The notes beneath the pieces are model-generated. The model had not been told where the DNA came from. It searched no databases and saw only the letters and a list, made by a program, of their open reading frames with translations. Shown piece by piece: positions 47,675 to 60,683 of a stretch of 64,000 nt of DNA; the first letter of the stretch is position 1; each line of letters starts with the position of its first letter. The DNA is from Oopsacas minuta (Eukaryota > Animalia > Porifera). Location: the NCBI GenBank assembly GCA_024704765.1, contig JAKMXF010000166.1:1-64000 (forward strand), in the 5' to 3' direction. Position numbers and translations under genes: made by a program.

Positions 47675-49663
47675 ATGGACAAACATTCTTCTTACTTTTT
47701 TTCTTCTAAGGATAATTTATTGAATTTACTACCCGAATTATCTGAAGACACTTTAGTTGAATCAAAACCAAACAAAAATTCAGATGAAACAATTTATTAC
47801 TCTCAAGTGCAACCTGTCCAAAATACATCTGATATATTAAATAAATTCACTGTGAATAGTCAAACCGGTGCAGATAGTAAACGCAAAAGGAATAAATCAC
47901 GGAAAATACCTCTAATAGAATCAACTGCTTATCAATCGTCACCTGTCCTTCCCGCCCGATATCGTCCCAACAGTCTTCAACACAGCATTAGCAATGATGA
48001 CATACTCAAGTCTATCGATTCAGTACAGAATGTTACAGCGAACTTGCATTACTCAAGTAAAAATCAAATCCTAACTCTTCCAAGAAGTTTTAGCAGTCAA
48101 CCTGAAACTAGTCAATTGAAAAATAGTTGTTTTAGTGATTCAGATTATTCGATTGATGAAAATTTAGGTCCCCCTGTTCCTCCAAAGGGTTCTAACTCAA
48201 AATTATCATCAACCCTCCCATATCGTGGCAAAGGATATTCTTCAGGTTTAACGAGTATTGAACGTCATAATATCAATTCCAATCCTGTTGATTATTTTGA
48301 ATCGACTAGTCTTTCAAAATTACTCATAGAAGTTAAATTGCCTATTGTAGTAAAATTGGTAAAAGGATATTGTGTAGATGATGATGACAATGATGATGAT
48401 CATGACGAAACAAAAGGAAAATCTACTTTAACGGAGGGTGATCAACTAATGATATTAAATCTTTGTTCAAATGATTGTGCTAAAATCTACTTATCTGAAG
48501 AATCTAAAACTATTTCTATTCCATCAAATAGCGAATGTAAGTTTCATTTGATGTCTGCAATAGCATATTTTGATGACAATAACAGAATAACTGTCGAAGA
48601 TCTTATCAACCGGCAATGTTTTTCAGGAAGACTGCGTGTTACTCATGGTTTTACTCATCCCCAAATAGGATTAATCGAGTGTAATACTCTCATTTCCTTA
48701 GTAAATTATGATCCTATCACCAAATCAATAGTTGCAAAGAATCACCAAGGTTGTAAATTTAATCTTTCGACAGAATGTTTTGGAGAGTTTAGTACACACC
48801 TTATCGAGGAACCTTCGAAAGTTCAAAATCATCTAAACATATGCGTCTTTCCTCAACGAGTTATTATCGTAGGGGATTTTATTACTGGTTTTATGAAGCA
48901 ATACATTGATGCAAAGGTTGGATTTATTGAACATTATGGGAAAGAAGATTTTCTATTTTGTAAGGAATTGGTTACTATTGAGGGTTCTTTAATACCTGGA
49001 AAATCTTGGATATTGCCAATTGACGATGAAATTTGGGTAGAGAGAATTGAGGAGATTAAAGTTTTTGAGCATGGATATGATGTATTAAATCCTGACTGGG
49101 ATTATACTAAATTTGATAGTAGAATGAAAATTAAGGACCCGAAGCAAAGATTTTATGAGAAAGAAATAAGTGATCTTAAAATCCTGAGGAAAAGATTGGA
49201 ATTTAAAATATCAAACATCCAAAAAGAACTTAAAAACACTAAATTACATGCTGATGAGACTATTGCTACCCTAAGAGCCGAAAATTTTAGATTATCAAAG
49301 GAATTGGGTGGATCAAAAGAAAAGGTTCAAGGCGAAATCCCATCTCTTTCAAATGAAAATACTATCACCACATATTCATGTATGTCTCCCCAAGTACTAG
49401 GTTTGCATCAACAATCTACAACATTTGCTGATGTTCTAATTATGAAACCGAAACAAATAGGTAAATTGTTACAACAACTTAACTTGACTCCTTATGTTGA
49501 AATATTTGATAAAGAAAAAATTAACGGTGATTTCTTTTTATTACTGGAAGAATCCGACCTTATTGACCTCAATATATCAAAAAGGTTAGATCGGAAGAAG
49601 TTACTAAGGGTTAAAGATTTGTTGACTGCAGGAGAGGACATTTCTAATTATCTCAACAATTAA
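47675..49663 (+). CDS. CABIT-domain adaptor with coiled coil and C-terminal SAM domain (GAREM/THEMIS-like), 662 aa
   Basis: Long intronless ORF. PPVPPK motif; SLSKLLIEVKLPIVVKLVKGYC...LTEGDQLMIL...ISIPSNSECKF resembles the GAREM CABIT start; heptads at ~KEISDLK...SKEL; SAM-like IGKLLQQLNLTPYVEIFDKEKINGDFFLLLEESDLIDLNI. Alternative ATG at 47618. Confidence 0.75.
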   Translation: MDKHSSYFFSSKDNLLNLLPELSEDTLVESKPNKNSDETIYYSQVQPVQNTSDILNKFTVNSQTGADSKRKRNKSRKIPLIESTAYQSSPVLPARYRPNSLQHSISNDDILKSIDSVQNVTANLHYSSKNQILTLPRSFSSQPETSQLKNSCFSDSDYSIDENLGPPVPPKGSNSKLSSTLPYRGKGYSSGLTSIERHNINSNPVDYFESTSLSKLLIEVKLPIVVKLVKGYCVDDDDNDDDHDETKGKSTLTEGDQLMILNLCSNDCAKIYLSEESKTISIPSNSECKFHLMSAIAYFDDNNRITVEDLINRQCFSGRLRVTHGFTHPQIGLIECNTLISLVNYDPITKSIVAKNHQGCKFNLSTECFGEFSTHLIEEPSKVQNHLNICVFPQRVIIVGDFITGFMKQYIDAKVGFIEHYGKEDFLFCKELVTIEGSLIPGKSWILPIDDEIWVERIEEIKVFEHGYDVLNPDWDYTKFDSRMKIKDPKQRFYEKEISDLKILRKRLEFKISNIQKELKNTKLHADETIATLRAENFRLSKELGGSKEKVQGEIPSLSNENTITTYSCMSPQVLGLHQQSTTFADVLIMKPKQIGKLLQQLNLTPYVEIFDKEKINGDFFLLLEESDLIDLNISKRLDRKKLLRVKDLLTAGEDISNYLNN

Positions 49664-50055
49664 ATTAATTACATTAAATTTTTCTAGTATATATAGTATC
49701 CTCATGTATTGAAATATTCAATCTCGGATTTTGCGATGATTTTGGTGTTTGGCCTGTAATAGAATTATCAATTTGGAATGTTTGAGTCCTACGTTTGAGT
49801 ATGCGAAGGTATTCGATACAAACTTATACTCTTTGTTTTTCACCAGGGACTTGCCAACTAAATGCGGCCGGTAGCTACAGTCCATATTGTATTTCGTAGT
49901 TAATCATATTTATTGTAGTACTCATTAATGCGACTTTATGTGACAGGTTTGGCATTTTGTTAATACGGTATTGGGCAGTTTTTAGTGAGTATCACATCGG
50001 TTCTAATTTATCCTTCTGATTAGGATTTTTTAATCTCAATAACCGGGGTAGTGCT

Positions 50056-50352
50056 TCAACTAATATTTGGCAGGGCTCTAATATGTGAGCGATTTTTTCC
50101 ATGTCTTCCAAGTCCAATTAACATTAATATTAAAAAACATAAATTTTTATTCACAAATTTTGGGATTATTGGATTTGCGGAAATTTTAGGTTTTATTATC
50201 CATGGTCCATCCAAATTCCATTTAATGGCCTTCTGTGGTAATATTGGAGCTGCTACGTCGCTTTGGATAGTAATCTGGGCATTTCGCGCCTTGAGTATTA
50301 TATAATTTTCCAATTTTTCGAAATTTGGATAATTTTGATTTTCTACAATCAT
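50056..50352 (-). other. Unassigned 98-codon ORF abutting a hAT-like terminus
   Basis: Open frame in AT-rich DNA with no recognised motif. The ATG lies about 6 nt from a TAGGG-type element end. Confidence 0.2.
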
Positions 50353-51289
50353 GATTAGGGCTTTCTATCTCGGACATACTTTATAATCACGGATCCCGGG
50401 TTTTCGGGATTAGGGAATCAACACTCAAGGATCTCCAATAAACGGGGGTCTCCGTTTATTTATTTTTAATACAGTAAAACCTCCAAAAGTGAACATCTCC
50501 AAAATATGAGCAGCTTTCTCTTCCCAAATGTTTTCAATTGCTAAACACAAGTCATAAAAAGTGAATATCTCATATGTGGACAATTAGGCTGTTCCAGGGT
50601 GTTCACTTCCTAAAGGTTTTACTATAATACTAAATAATGAATTAATGATACAATAGATCACGGGTATAAGAACCTTAACTTGATTACTGAATCTTATGTC
50701 TTCACTCCATGGTTTTAAGCGCATGCTGGATATACGAACTTTTTACTGGAAAACGCTTAATACACCCCAATATATTTTATACCGGTTATAAGAACACTCT
50801 TAGAGTAAACATCTAGTTAGTTCTTATTATCGATATGTTTATAGAATTGGCATAAATTATAAAGTCTAGTAGATATGAGAACTGACTTCTATAATATTAA
50901 TCCTACATCCGAATCTGTTTAGATGAAGTGTTTTTATAACGGGCCCCCACAATTTACTACATTCTGGTTATAAGAACATTATGTCCAGTTCCCGACGACG
51001 TTCTCATAACAGGCATCCACTGTATTATATGTATCAGTCGTAAACCTTTATCATATTCTTTATACTAATTAACAATTATCTGAAACAAAATACTCATGTG
51101 ATTATTTTATATTATTTCTAATTAGACAGAGAGTATTTAAACTTTTGTCACTAAGTGAACTTCTAAATTTGCTGCAAAGATATGCACTTGATAGGAAAAT
51201 CCTTTCCGATTCTACAGAAGTAGGCTATACAATAAGCATCATACGATAAACCTTCTCTAGTAAGATACCTCTTTCTCCTGTTTGTTCAG

Positions 51290-52460
51290 CAATGTTTAGT
51301 TCATTTTCAAGGAAGATGATAGAGATTCATCAGATGTTTGTTGTTTTTGGGATACTTGAAACGAAGCATCGATTGCTAATTGTAATTTCATTACCACGGG
51401 AAGAGTATCTGTTTCCTGACTTTCTGAACGAATTAGGTATCATCATATCATCTACATTATTTACTTTTGTAACCTTATTTGTATCTACTCTGGATAATAG
51501 CCTATAACAGAATGTTCGCAGAATTCCTTTTTTTTTCAAGCTTCGGCATCGGATAGTGTAAGTATGCCATGATCTCTGAAACCTCAATGTAGCGTTCTTG
51601 AACACTCCTTTGGTAATTACACAAATAATTCTAATATTGTATTCTGTAGCAGGATACGTTTGGATCTCATCAAATAACAACTTTATCGTTGCCTCACCAG
51701 TATTGAGAGTTGCCTGTCTTCTGCACAATGCCACCATTGCTAACTTAATTGGGTCCAATGCTTGTACGATTTTGTCAATTTGTTGAAACTCCTCGTCGTT
51801 TAACTAATGTCAATATTAAGCTCAAGTAAAGCCTTGTGAACTAGAATCCTTAACTTAACAATTCTCTCTAACATGTTCAATAGAGTGCATCAACAAGTCG
51901 TGCAATCAAGTATCAGCTGCAATCCATTAAGATGTTTCCCTTTTACATCAGTCTGTAAATTTCATTCTTTCGAGCGGACCGTTTGAAGAGTTTTACAACT
52001 ATACGAACTTTATTACTATTTCGCCAATGCTAACATTCACCATTAGGCATTGTCTTGCTCTACTATAGCTAATCCATTTGTATCTTCCAATTCAGACAAT
52101 ATTTCATCTTCATCACACTCTTGAATTTCACTTGAATAGTTAGAACTAATCTCAGATTGTGTGGTTTGTTCTGATAAAAGATATCATAGATTACCAACTG
52201 AAGGCCGTGAGCGTAGCACAATTGATGAAGTGTTAGTAATAATCGTCCAAGAGATTCTAAAGTCCTGTGAAGTAATAAATACTGGAAGAGAGTGTAGCAT
52301 ACCGTCACCCTTTTTAATACTGCCGAGAGAGTTGTATCGTTGGTATATTTGTCGATAGTATAAATTTTAGTACGTTTTGTTTGAGAGTCGTTTTCTAGAG
52401 TTTCGGTATTTTTACGCTCTGGGAGTATATCGATTTGATGCGTTGATTTTAGATACACGT
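51290..52460 (-). pseudogene. hobo/Hermes-like hAT transposase relic
   Basis: CYAHGLQLVIYDIFY (CxxH), KLFKRS..KN, QLILDC(TRW), LLNMLERI, LDPIKLAMVALCRRQATL, spread across several frames. Confidence 0.8.
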
Positions 52461-54439
52461 GTGATCCTTTTGTAGAAACACCATCACACTTAAATTCCCA
52501 ACCTTTTTACCCCAGTGACCCTGATGCTTAGAATTGAGGAGATTCTACCCCTTGTTTCTATTGACTCTTTAGTTCCTTTTGGGACACAGTTTCCTGGGCC
52601 ACTATGTCACTATATTTGTGGATCAATACTACAATGATTGGAAATCTGTACTGTAACTAATATTCCATATCATAAACATGTGGATTTACTTAATTATGAT
52701 CACTTCATTAATAATTGCCCCAGGATTTTGCATACCCGGGGGCCAAGATTTCAGACCCGTGGCAAAATCATATTATATAATGGGCAGTGATGGTCTGAGG
52801 ATCTGTTAAACCCGTGCCGGGCCGGGCCAGGGTTATCAAATATTTACTATAATTTTTGCGTCCAGGGATTCCCAGAACAAGTACTTTCCTAGTATATATT
52901 GTTGAATGACATAGATGAACATCTTTTTGTTGATTTATAGCGAACAAAATAGTTTAGAATTCAGCTCATATAATTGTAAATGTGTCAGGGAATATATTCG
53001 TATATGATGACAGAATTGAATTTCTAGTCGAACGAGCGAGAAACATTTTCAGAAGTCCAGGGATTTACACAAAGTATAGGAGAAATTTGGGCTCCATCCA
53101 GGGATTGATGTGACAAAGGTGGAGGGTATGCCGGCAGTTGCGCCGCCCAAATAGTTTACATAGGGGCTAGGCCGTGCGTATACACTCTTGCTATGCTCAA
53201 TTCGCCTCCTACAATTTTCCTAGAATTTATATACTGTGCTTGCATAAGTGTATCAAATGACCCCTAAGGAATGCCATAGCGACCCTAAAGTTTGGAACCA
53301 CTGATATGGGGAATAACATATCCTTCTGCTGACGATATAGGAAAAGTAAACAATCAAATTGTGTAATCGAGTATGCTGATTCTGAATTTCGCATTTTCAA
53401 GTTTCTCATATGTAAACTTATTGTTATTTTTATGAAAATAAAGTGGAAGAATAGTTCAAATCTTAAAATATACGTAGAGACTTGCTCTTAACGGCTATAG
53501 ATGGGTATCAAAGGATACAGAATCCGATGTTCATATATTAAAGTTTCTCGTGTAAATTCTTTGTTTTTTTAATGAATATATAGGAAACATATAGTTGAAA
53601 TATGAATTTAATTATTCAATTTTGCAATTTTATACTTTGCTAAATTCGTGGCACGAAGCCAAGTACCATGCAAACACAGAATTCGCAAGCCGCGCAGCGC
53701 GAACAAGCGAAGCCACTCGTATATATTTCTGCATACATACACATAGATTAATTGAGTTTGAATAATATAGATGTTTGCAGCCTTTCCCACAGTATTTTTG
53801 GAAAGCGCTTATTTTTGGGATTGAGGGGGCCTCTGTCGCTTATACATGTACTAAACCTATGCACAGAATCTTTATTTTAACGCAGCTAGATATTCTAAGC
53901 ACGTTATTCAGCGGAGAAAGCGTGTTAATTGACGCGCTTTGGGCGAAACACTGGATGTGTGTTTATATGTGTGAACTACTGCTCAGCCAATATACATGAT
54001 AGAAGTTTGAATCACAGGTACCCCTCAATGTGACAAATGTCCTGACGTCAGGATTCTGACCAAAAGCTAACTCATCATGGAATTATTCCGTCATCATGAC
54101 TGTGCAAAAACATCAATAGCATCTCCAGCGTCACCACATAAGGCCATTGAATGTAATTTGGATAGACCCTTGATAATAATATATTAAAATTTTAACTATT
54201 TCATGAATTCGAGGCACATAGTGGCGTGTATATTCTGTCGCGTAGCGACCAATAACACTATAAAATTTTGCTATTTAATTCTTAAGCTCACCTGGAGCAC
54301 TCAGCTGCGGCGCAGCAACCTAGCAAGCGAAGCGCGCTAGTTTGTATTATTCCTACACATTTAGATTTCTAGTATTACAATGATTTGCTGAAATTTTACT
54401 TGATGGTAAATAGAGATCCCTAAGACGTCATCAGCATGA

Positions 54440-55790
54440 GTAAGAGCAGAGAATCTGAACAGGAGTTGATATCAACATCATATCCTATGAAGATTCTCAT
54501 GTCAGTGTCTGTTCCGAGGTCTCTACTATCTCCATCTATATCTCAATCGCTGGAATCCTTCGCATTCAATACACCCCCAGTGCTCCTGCAAGAAGACAAC
54601 AAATCAGGCAGTGGGGCAAAAAGAAAAAGTTCTGAGGCAGTCAATTCATAAAGAGAGTGGGGGTAAAGTTCGTGAATTTGGAAGAGGTACAGAAGGTAGA
54701 TTCTGTGGGGGAACTTTTTTAATCTTCGTGAGAGTAGGAACAGATTTAAGTAGGTAGAGAAGATACCCAGTATTCACAGAGATATGGTGAAATTGGCTTA
54801 TTTTTTCTGTAGATATTGTTTTGCTTCTGCGATATCTGTTGACACGCCGCAAGTACTAGCTTATGATGTGGTCTGTAATAGTTGTCCAGAATCCAGTAGG
54901 TTTGAGAATAAATTGAGGGACGGGTTGGTACAGAGCAGGGACCTCAAGATTGGAAGCAAAATTACAATGCCAAATGCCCAGCTAAATACGCAGAACTAAC
55001 TTCAGTCCAACTGGAATCTGCTCTAGCGCCTGGTATTGTTCGTCAAGATTTCGCAAGAGGAAATGTCTCTTCTGGTCCCTTAAGTATTGGAGATAAGATG
55101 ACACACCTAACACTGAAGAATGCTGAAGTCTATTAGGAATTAGTATTTGATCTGGAAATTGATAGGTTGGAATATCTCATACTAGGAAGAGGATAACAAC
55201 GAATATAAGTAACAGTTAGCTAGGTGTCCTGGAGAATTATAAGTGACAGAAATAAGATATCTAATCAAGGATAAGAATATGAGCGAGAAGGTTGTTGAAC
55301 CGAAGTTGAGACTTTGAAAGAAAAATCAGCATCCATAGACTGGAATCCCAAAATGAAATCAAAGGAGATCAAACATCTTAATGTAGTTTTATCATCTCGC
55401 AACACCAAAATAAGTTTGCTAAAAAGCGGAGAAGACATGAAAAAGTAAAAATGCAGTTGGAGAAATATGCCGATCAGCCTCTTGTAGACAGCGAAATGAA
55501 TATGTTGAACCTTTTCCTACACAAGCCTAAATTCCTCCAGATGAAGCTAACGAAACAAATGATCCTTTAACAGCTGTGGTAGAGGAACGCTGTAATATCT
55601 GTGGTCATACTGAAGAGGATGGAATCGTCAGTGCTGATGTAGGAATGATTAAACCACGAGTAGGTATTAGTTGGCTTCAGTGTGGCTATTGTTTGGATGG
55701 TATCAGTTGTTATGTCTTGGTATCGGGAAGAAGGAGCTTCCTAGGGGTAAGTGGAAATGTAATTCATATTAGTTCTGAAATTTTACGGCA
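54440..55790 (+). pseudogene. Mutator-like transposase relic followed by a PHD-finger relic
   Basis: YDVVCNSC...KCPAKYAELTSVQLESALAP...LSIGDKMTH (xDGD-like)...IDRLE; then CNIC...WLQCGYC / WYQLLCLGI...PRGKWKC with one frameshift. Confidence 0.6.
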
Positions 55791-55922
55791 CAACTATTCG
55801 TATTTTAATGTTGACTCAAATTAGATAAAAGAAAACACATAAAAATCCAAAAATCTAAACCCACATAAGAATTACATAAAATACACATATAAAAATTCTG
55901 AAACATAATACCCATTTAATTA

Positions 55923-57586
55923 CTGTGCACTTTCAAAAACCCGGGCACCTCTGGACCTGAGCTGGGTGCCCCGGTTTTCGAGTTGTTAAATTTACTTAAT
56001 AGAAAAAGTTGTTCTTTCGCTAAACTCGAGAAAGGATATGCTTGTCCCCACGTGCCATGGCATAAAACTCAACAGCCTTGATGGCATCCACGATAGCGTT
56101 GGTGGGAGGGATGGGTGGTAGGGGTAGAGGTTCGTCGTCATCAGACTGATCAATGGGATCCCCGATCTTCTGAGTTACATCTCGTGAGCTTGCTGCATCA
56201 GTTGCACTAGGGTCACTTCTGGAGGGAATGTCAAAACTTCTCCCATCTCCTCTGCCTGCAGAACCACTTCTTCCGGTTCCATCGTAACCAGAGGTTCATT
56301 AAACTCGGCAGGTCCCTGCTCTCCATTTTTGAATCAACACTTAGAAAAACACCTAGAAATGGTCCGAGATTTGATTGTAGACCACGCTCTTAAGATCCAC
56401 ACAATCGCTTGAGCGATGGTAATATCCTTTATCGGGTTAGTCATGTCATTCTTGAGGCTATGTATGATATGGGTGTGGAATTGGGTGCGGTAGTTAAGTT
56501 TGAACGCTTGGATGATGCCCTGGTCCAGGGGTTGGGTAGCAGAGGTAGTGTTGGGGGAAATTACACAACATTAACGGCTTTAAGCTTGTTTTTTATCGAA
56601 CACATTGTGAACCGATGCATTCTCCATGAGCAAGAGCACTTTGCGTCCTTGGGGCCTCTATTTGGGAGTTGAAGGTCTTGAGCCACTCATTGAATAGGGT
56701 GGTGGTCATTCAAGCCTTCTTCTGGCTAAGATATGTAAGGTAGTTTCTGCTTGTCAACCCCTATGAGCGCACGGGGACTGCCCAATTAGGAGAGGTTTGA
56801 TCTTCTAGCCCATCCAGGAAGAGCAGAAGAGAAGTGTTAACCTCTCCTTATCGACCTTACTGCCGTGGGCAGAATCTCCAGTAAGCACAAGAGATCTTGA
56901 GAACATCTGCAACTAGTACAGGCCGGTTTCATCACAATTGAATTTGTGAGCTTCTGCGTAGTCAAGGATGATTTCCGCCAATCTTTCCTGTCAGTTTTCA
57001 ACGACCAATGGGTACACAACAGCGGTTTCACTGCTCAGCACCTTTCTCTTGATACCGTGGCGCTCCTTCACCCTGGTGAGCCAACCATCCGAGTCATTAT
57101 AATTTTCTATGCCTAATTCCCTTGCCTCCTCCAGGACTATCAGTCTGAGCATTGGGCCGGTGACTGTGAAGCCAATATTGGTCTCGGCCTTTCGGGCGAA
57201 CAGGAGAAACTCCACGATGGTTTTTTTCGATGTGCTCCTGCTGGGCTGTGGACACAGCGTGTTTTCGTTTCATAAATGTATCCTCGTCCTTAGTATCTGA
57301 AGCGCTGAGGATAGAGTTTCTGTTGGTCTTGATACGGTTGATTGTCCCTTTGCCAACGCCAGACTCTTCATCAACCGCCCTTTCAGAAGAACCTGCTTCC
57401 AGCTTCTGCAGGACAGACAATAAGTCAGACGATGTTAAAGTTTTCCTTGGGGAGCATGACTATTTAATGCAAATACACTAAATCCTAACAGGAAAAACAA
57501 GACTCAGAAAGTGCCCCGGTTTCCGAGAGTAATTTGTGTGAGGTGCGTCCGAGTTTTCGGGCTGCCCCGTTTTCGGAAGTGCACTG
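55923..57586 (-). mobile_element. Tigger/pogo DNA transposon (1664 bp), inactivated
   Basis: TIR CAGTGCACTTCCGAAAAC / CTGTGCACTTTCAAAAAC with TA flanks. psq-HTH, CENP-B HTH (GWLTRVKERHGI), NCDETGL, KERLTLLFCS, PLDQGIIQAFK. Multiple frameshifts. Confidence 0.9.
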
Positions 57587-57766
57587 TATATGGGTGTTAT
57601 GTTTTATAATTTTATTGGTGTAATTCTTATGTGGGTTGGATTCAAAATTCTCGGATAATTATCTTCATATTATATATATATATTAAAATATTTACAAACG
57701 CCTTTGTGTATCAATTTCAATAATTTCGTGTATGTACATATCCTGTTTTTCAAGGTATAGTTCTAA

Positions 57767-57814
57767 CCTGAACTACTTAGGAGACCAATGGATGGTCGAA
57801 ACCTAGTTATTCAG
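57767..57814 (+). ncRNA. Degenerate minimal type I hammerhead-ribozyme-like motif, copy 1
   Basis: CCTGAACTA-CTTAGGA-GACC(AATGGAT)GGTC-GAAAC-CTA-GTT-ATTCAG. Stem I, core, stem II, GAAA and NUH are in canonical order. G5 is mutated. Confidence 0.45.
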
Positions 57815-60683
57815 ATCCTCCCACGACTTGAGGTCATCACACAATACCCGTTTCCAGTTGTACTATGTAGTACTGTGTAAGGATCTCAAGTTGTGAGCCG
57901 CTTCACTTGTTACATTACAAATTTATTTTGATAACCTTTCAAAGGTGAAGTTTAGCTATCTCGGATAGCTACAGATATTTACATGCTTAACTATGTATAC
58001 ACCTCGAGTGACCAACATTTGAGTCCAAAAGTTGAGTTACCATACTTTCGTATTTCTAATATTTCATGCTTATTGTATAAAATATCGACTTTCCAATGAA
58101 ATAGCCATATTTTTCTAGTAAACTATTACCATTGGATGGTTAATTATTTTAGTAAACAATTTATAAAATTGATCCACTAATATTTTGGGGTGTAAAGGTT
58201 GGGACCTGTGCCTTTGGTGTCTATTTAAAGGTTTTGTATATAACGATAACATTACGGGAAATTTACAAATACATTTTAATACAAAAGGGTGTATTGATAA
58301 AAAGATCATTGATGTTATCACAGATTACCAAGTGGATATCTTAAAATCCCAATTCAACATACATATCTAGTAATCTATATGAATGATTTCTATAATACAC
58401 TGACGATATCTGTATTTATCTCAAATCTAGGGACTTATAAACAAGTTTGTTTCGGCTGGGTTATCCTGTCAATTTGTAACCTACGAAGACTAACTATCTG
58501 TGTTAAGCCCACCATACAAGATGCAAAAAGTTGCATCGTGTAGTTAAATTTCCATGCAATAAAATTTAATTTAAATTTGTTTTCGGATTTGTAGTTGCAT
58601 GGAAATAGGAACATGTTCTATTTTCATGCAACATTGTTGCATCGTTTATGCCTTACTTAAGTATCAATTATTCATTCTAGTTCTTACAGTATAGATGGGA
58701 AGAAAATTATCCATGGATTTCACTGTATTATTTGTCAAATAGTTTTAAGCTCACTCTTCAGAAGTACTGGTACATGTTGAGATATATAACATTTGCGATA
58801 TACTTATGGATGTATATGCATAAATATATCACAGATATTACGGCTGCATAATGTTCGATGTTAGTTGGTACTATACAAATAGAGCTAAAAATAATCAAAT
58901 ACAATGTAACCGCTATAAGTGGGGTCTCTATAAATAAGAACGCTATATGCGGGGAGTAGGCAATGAGGCATGTGTATCACACAATTCAAATTTATCTAAG
59001 TGGGGAAATCTACGTTAAATTTTTTGAATAATCAATTTTGCGCTAAATTTGGAAAAATACGCAGGTATTTATCGCTATGAATTATTGAAATTTTTGGGTT
59101 TCTCAAAAGAAAATTTGTTACAAATCTTTGTACAGTCCTAAAAAGTATACAACTTTTAGAAAATGTTCTAGAATACGCAAAAATAACTAATTCTACTCTG
59201 TACAAATAAATATTCCTATATTAAGCATGTTGTCAGCGTCTTCATCGTTTGTCAACTTTCGGAAGTCCCCAATTATAGAGAATCTACTGTAGTAGATATC
59301 TTGATATCCTGAATGAGTAAATCATAGCATTCTATAAATAAGGCAATGGTGCATAAAATAATTTTCAAACTAGGGATAGGATAGTTCATTCATCATTTAC
59401 ATTTGGAATTTCATTTGTTTCGATAATATCAAAATCATAGTGGCAACCTCATGGAAGAAAAAAAGCTGGACGGAACGTACTAATTTAGCGGAACATCGCG
59501 GGATGTACTAAAAATGGAGAACAATAAAGATTTTGGTAAATTTTGGAGGGACACTAGCCACATTAGCCCTCAACACTTGTTCCAAAAAGCGGAACGTTCA
59601 GCCAAAACTGGGCAGTTGGCAAGTGTGCAAAAATGGTGCATTTTTCCCTGATAAATGTATTATCACCACTTACAAAACATAATGTCTATAACTACAAACT
59701 ATTTCCGGATGAAATGACGTCATATGAATGACTAAGAAGCAATTGGGAACGTTTTAATGTTATTGTATTAAATTATAGATGGCATATTATGGCAATCTTT
59801 ACCTATAACTTACAAGCTTTATAGATATGCCCAAATCTTCTTGCAGACAGTTCTATATACTCGACTTCCCCATACATTCATAATACAGTTTGATGTCATA
59901 TCTGAATCAATTATGACGCAATCATTAATTATGCTATTGGAGATGTTGGCGATTTACAAAATATGGCTTCAATTGCATTCTTACTGTTTTAAGAGGAACA
60001 ATATCGTTTCTGAAAACCAGGCCACGAGACTGTTTATCATTTTCCCTAAACCTTCATTGGATCAAATTTTTACCATTACAATGTTAAGTGTAAGAGAATA
60101 CAATTTGAAGAATATTCAAATATATATAATCGATTTTGGGGGCTGCATTGTCAGAATCTTTGTAGTATGATTTTGCCATTATTGATTGTGTATTTTGCTC
60201 GCTATTCTTACGTAGTGAAGAGCCCTTCAGTCAAATTATTGACAGCATTAGTCCTGGATGTTTTCCGGATATCTGGCTACATAATGATTGGTGGCCAAGA
60301 TCTTGACAAATGCATGTCACAAAATTCGGCAAATAAATCTACATAATTCGGACAAATGCATATTGCAAAGATTGTGACCAATGCAAGTAATTTTTGCGTG
60401 ACAAATGCAGCGACCCTAACTATTCAAAACAATTAGATTACAATGTCGTGTCTTGTTTATAAAGTTTTGAAATTTTTATGGGTAGATACAGAATGTCGTT
60501 TTCTATATTTGTTGTATGCAAATTTACTATAGTTATTATGAATATTCAGTCGGCAATTACTAAATATTGAAATATTCGTATCAACTTTCCCACAACTGAT
60601 TATCAATTATTTTCTTGCTTAGGAAACTAAACGATAATAGGTTAAACAAATACTGAAGAATTTCCCATTATTGTATTTATCTA

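Noticed and set aside
58445-58500. Minus-strand ...CCCAGCCGAAAC as a third hammerhead
   Set aside because: No convincing CTGANGA core or stem II partner.
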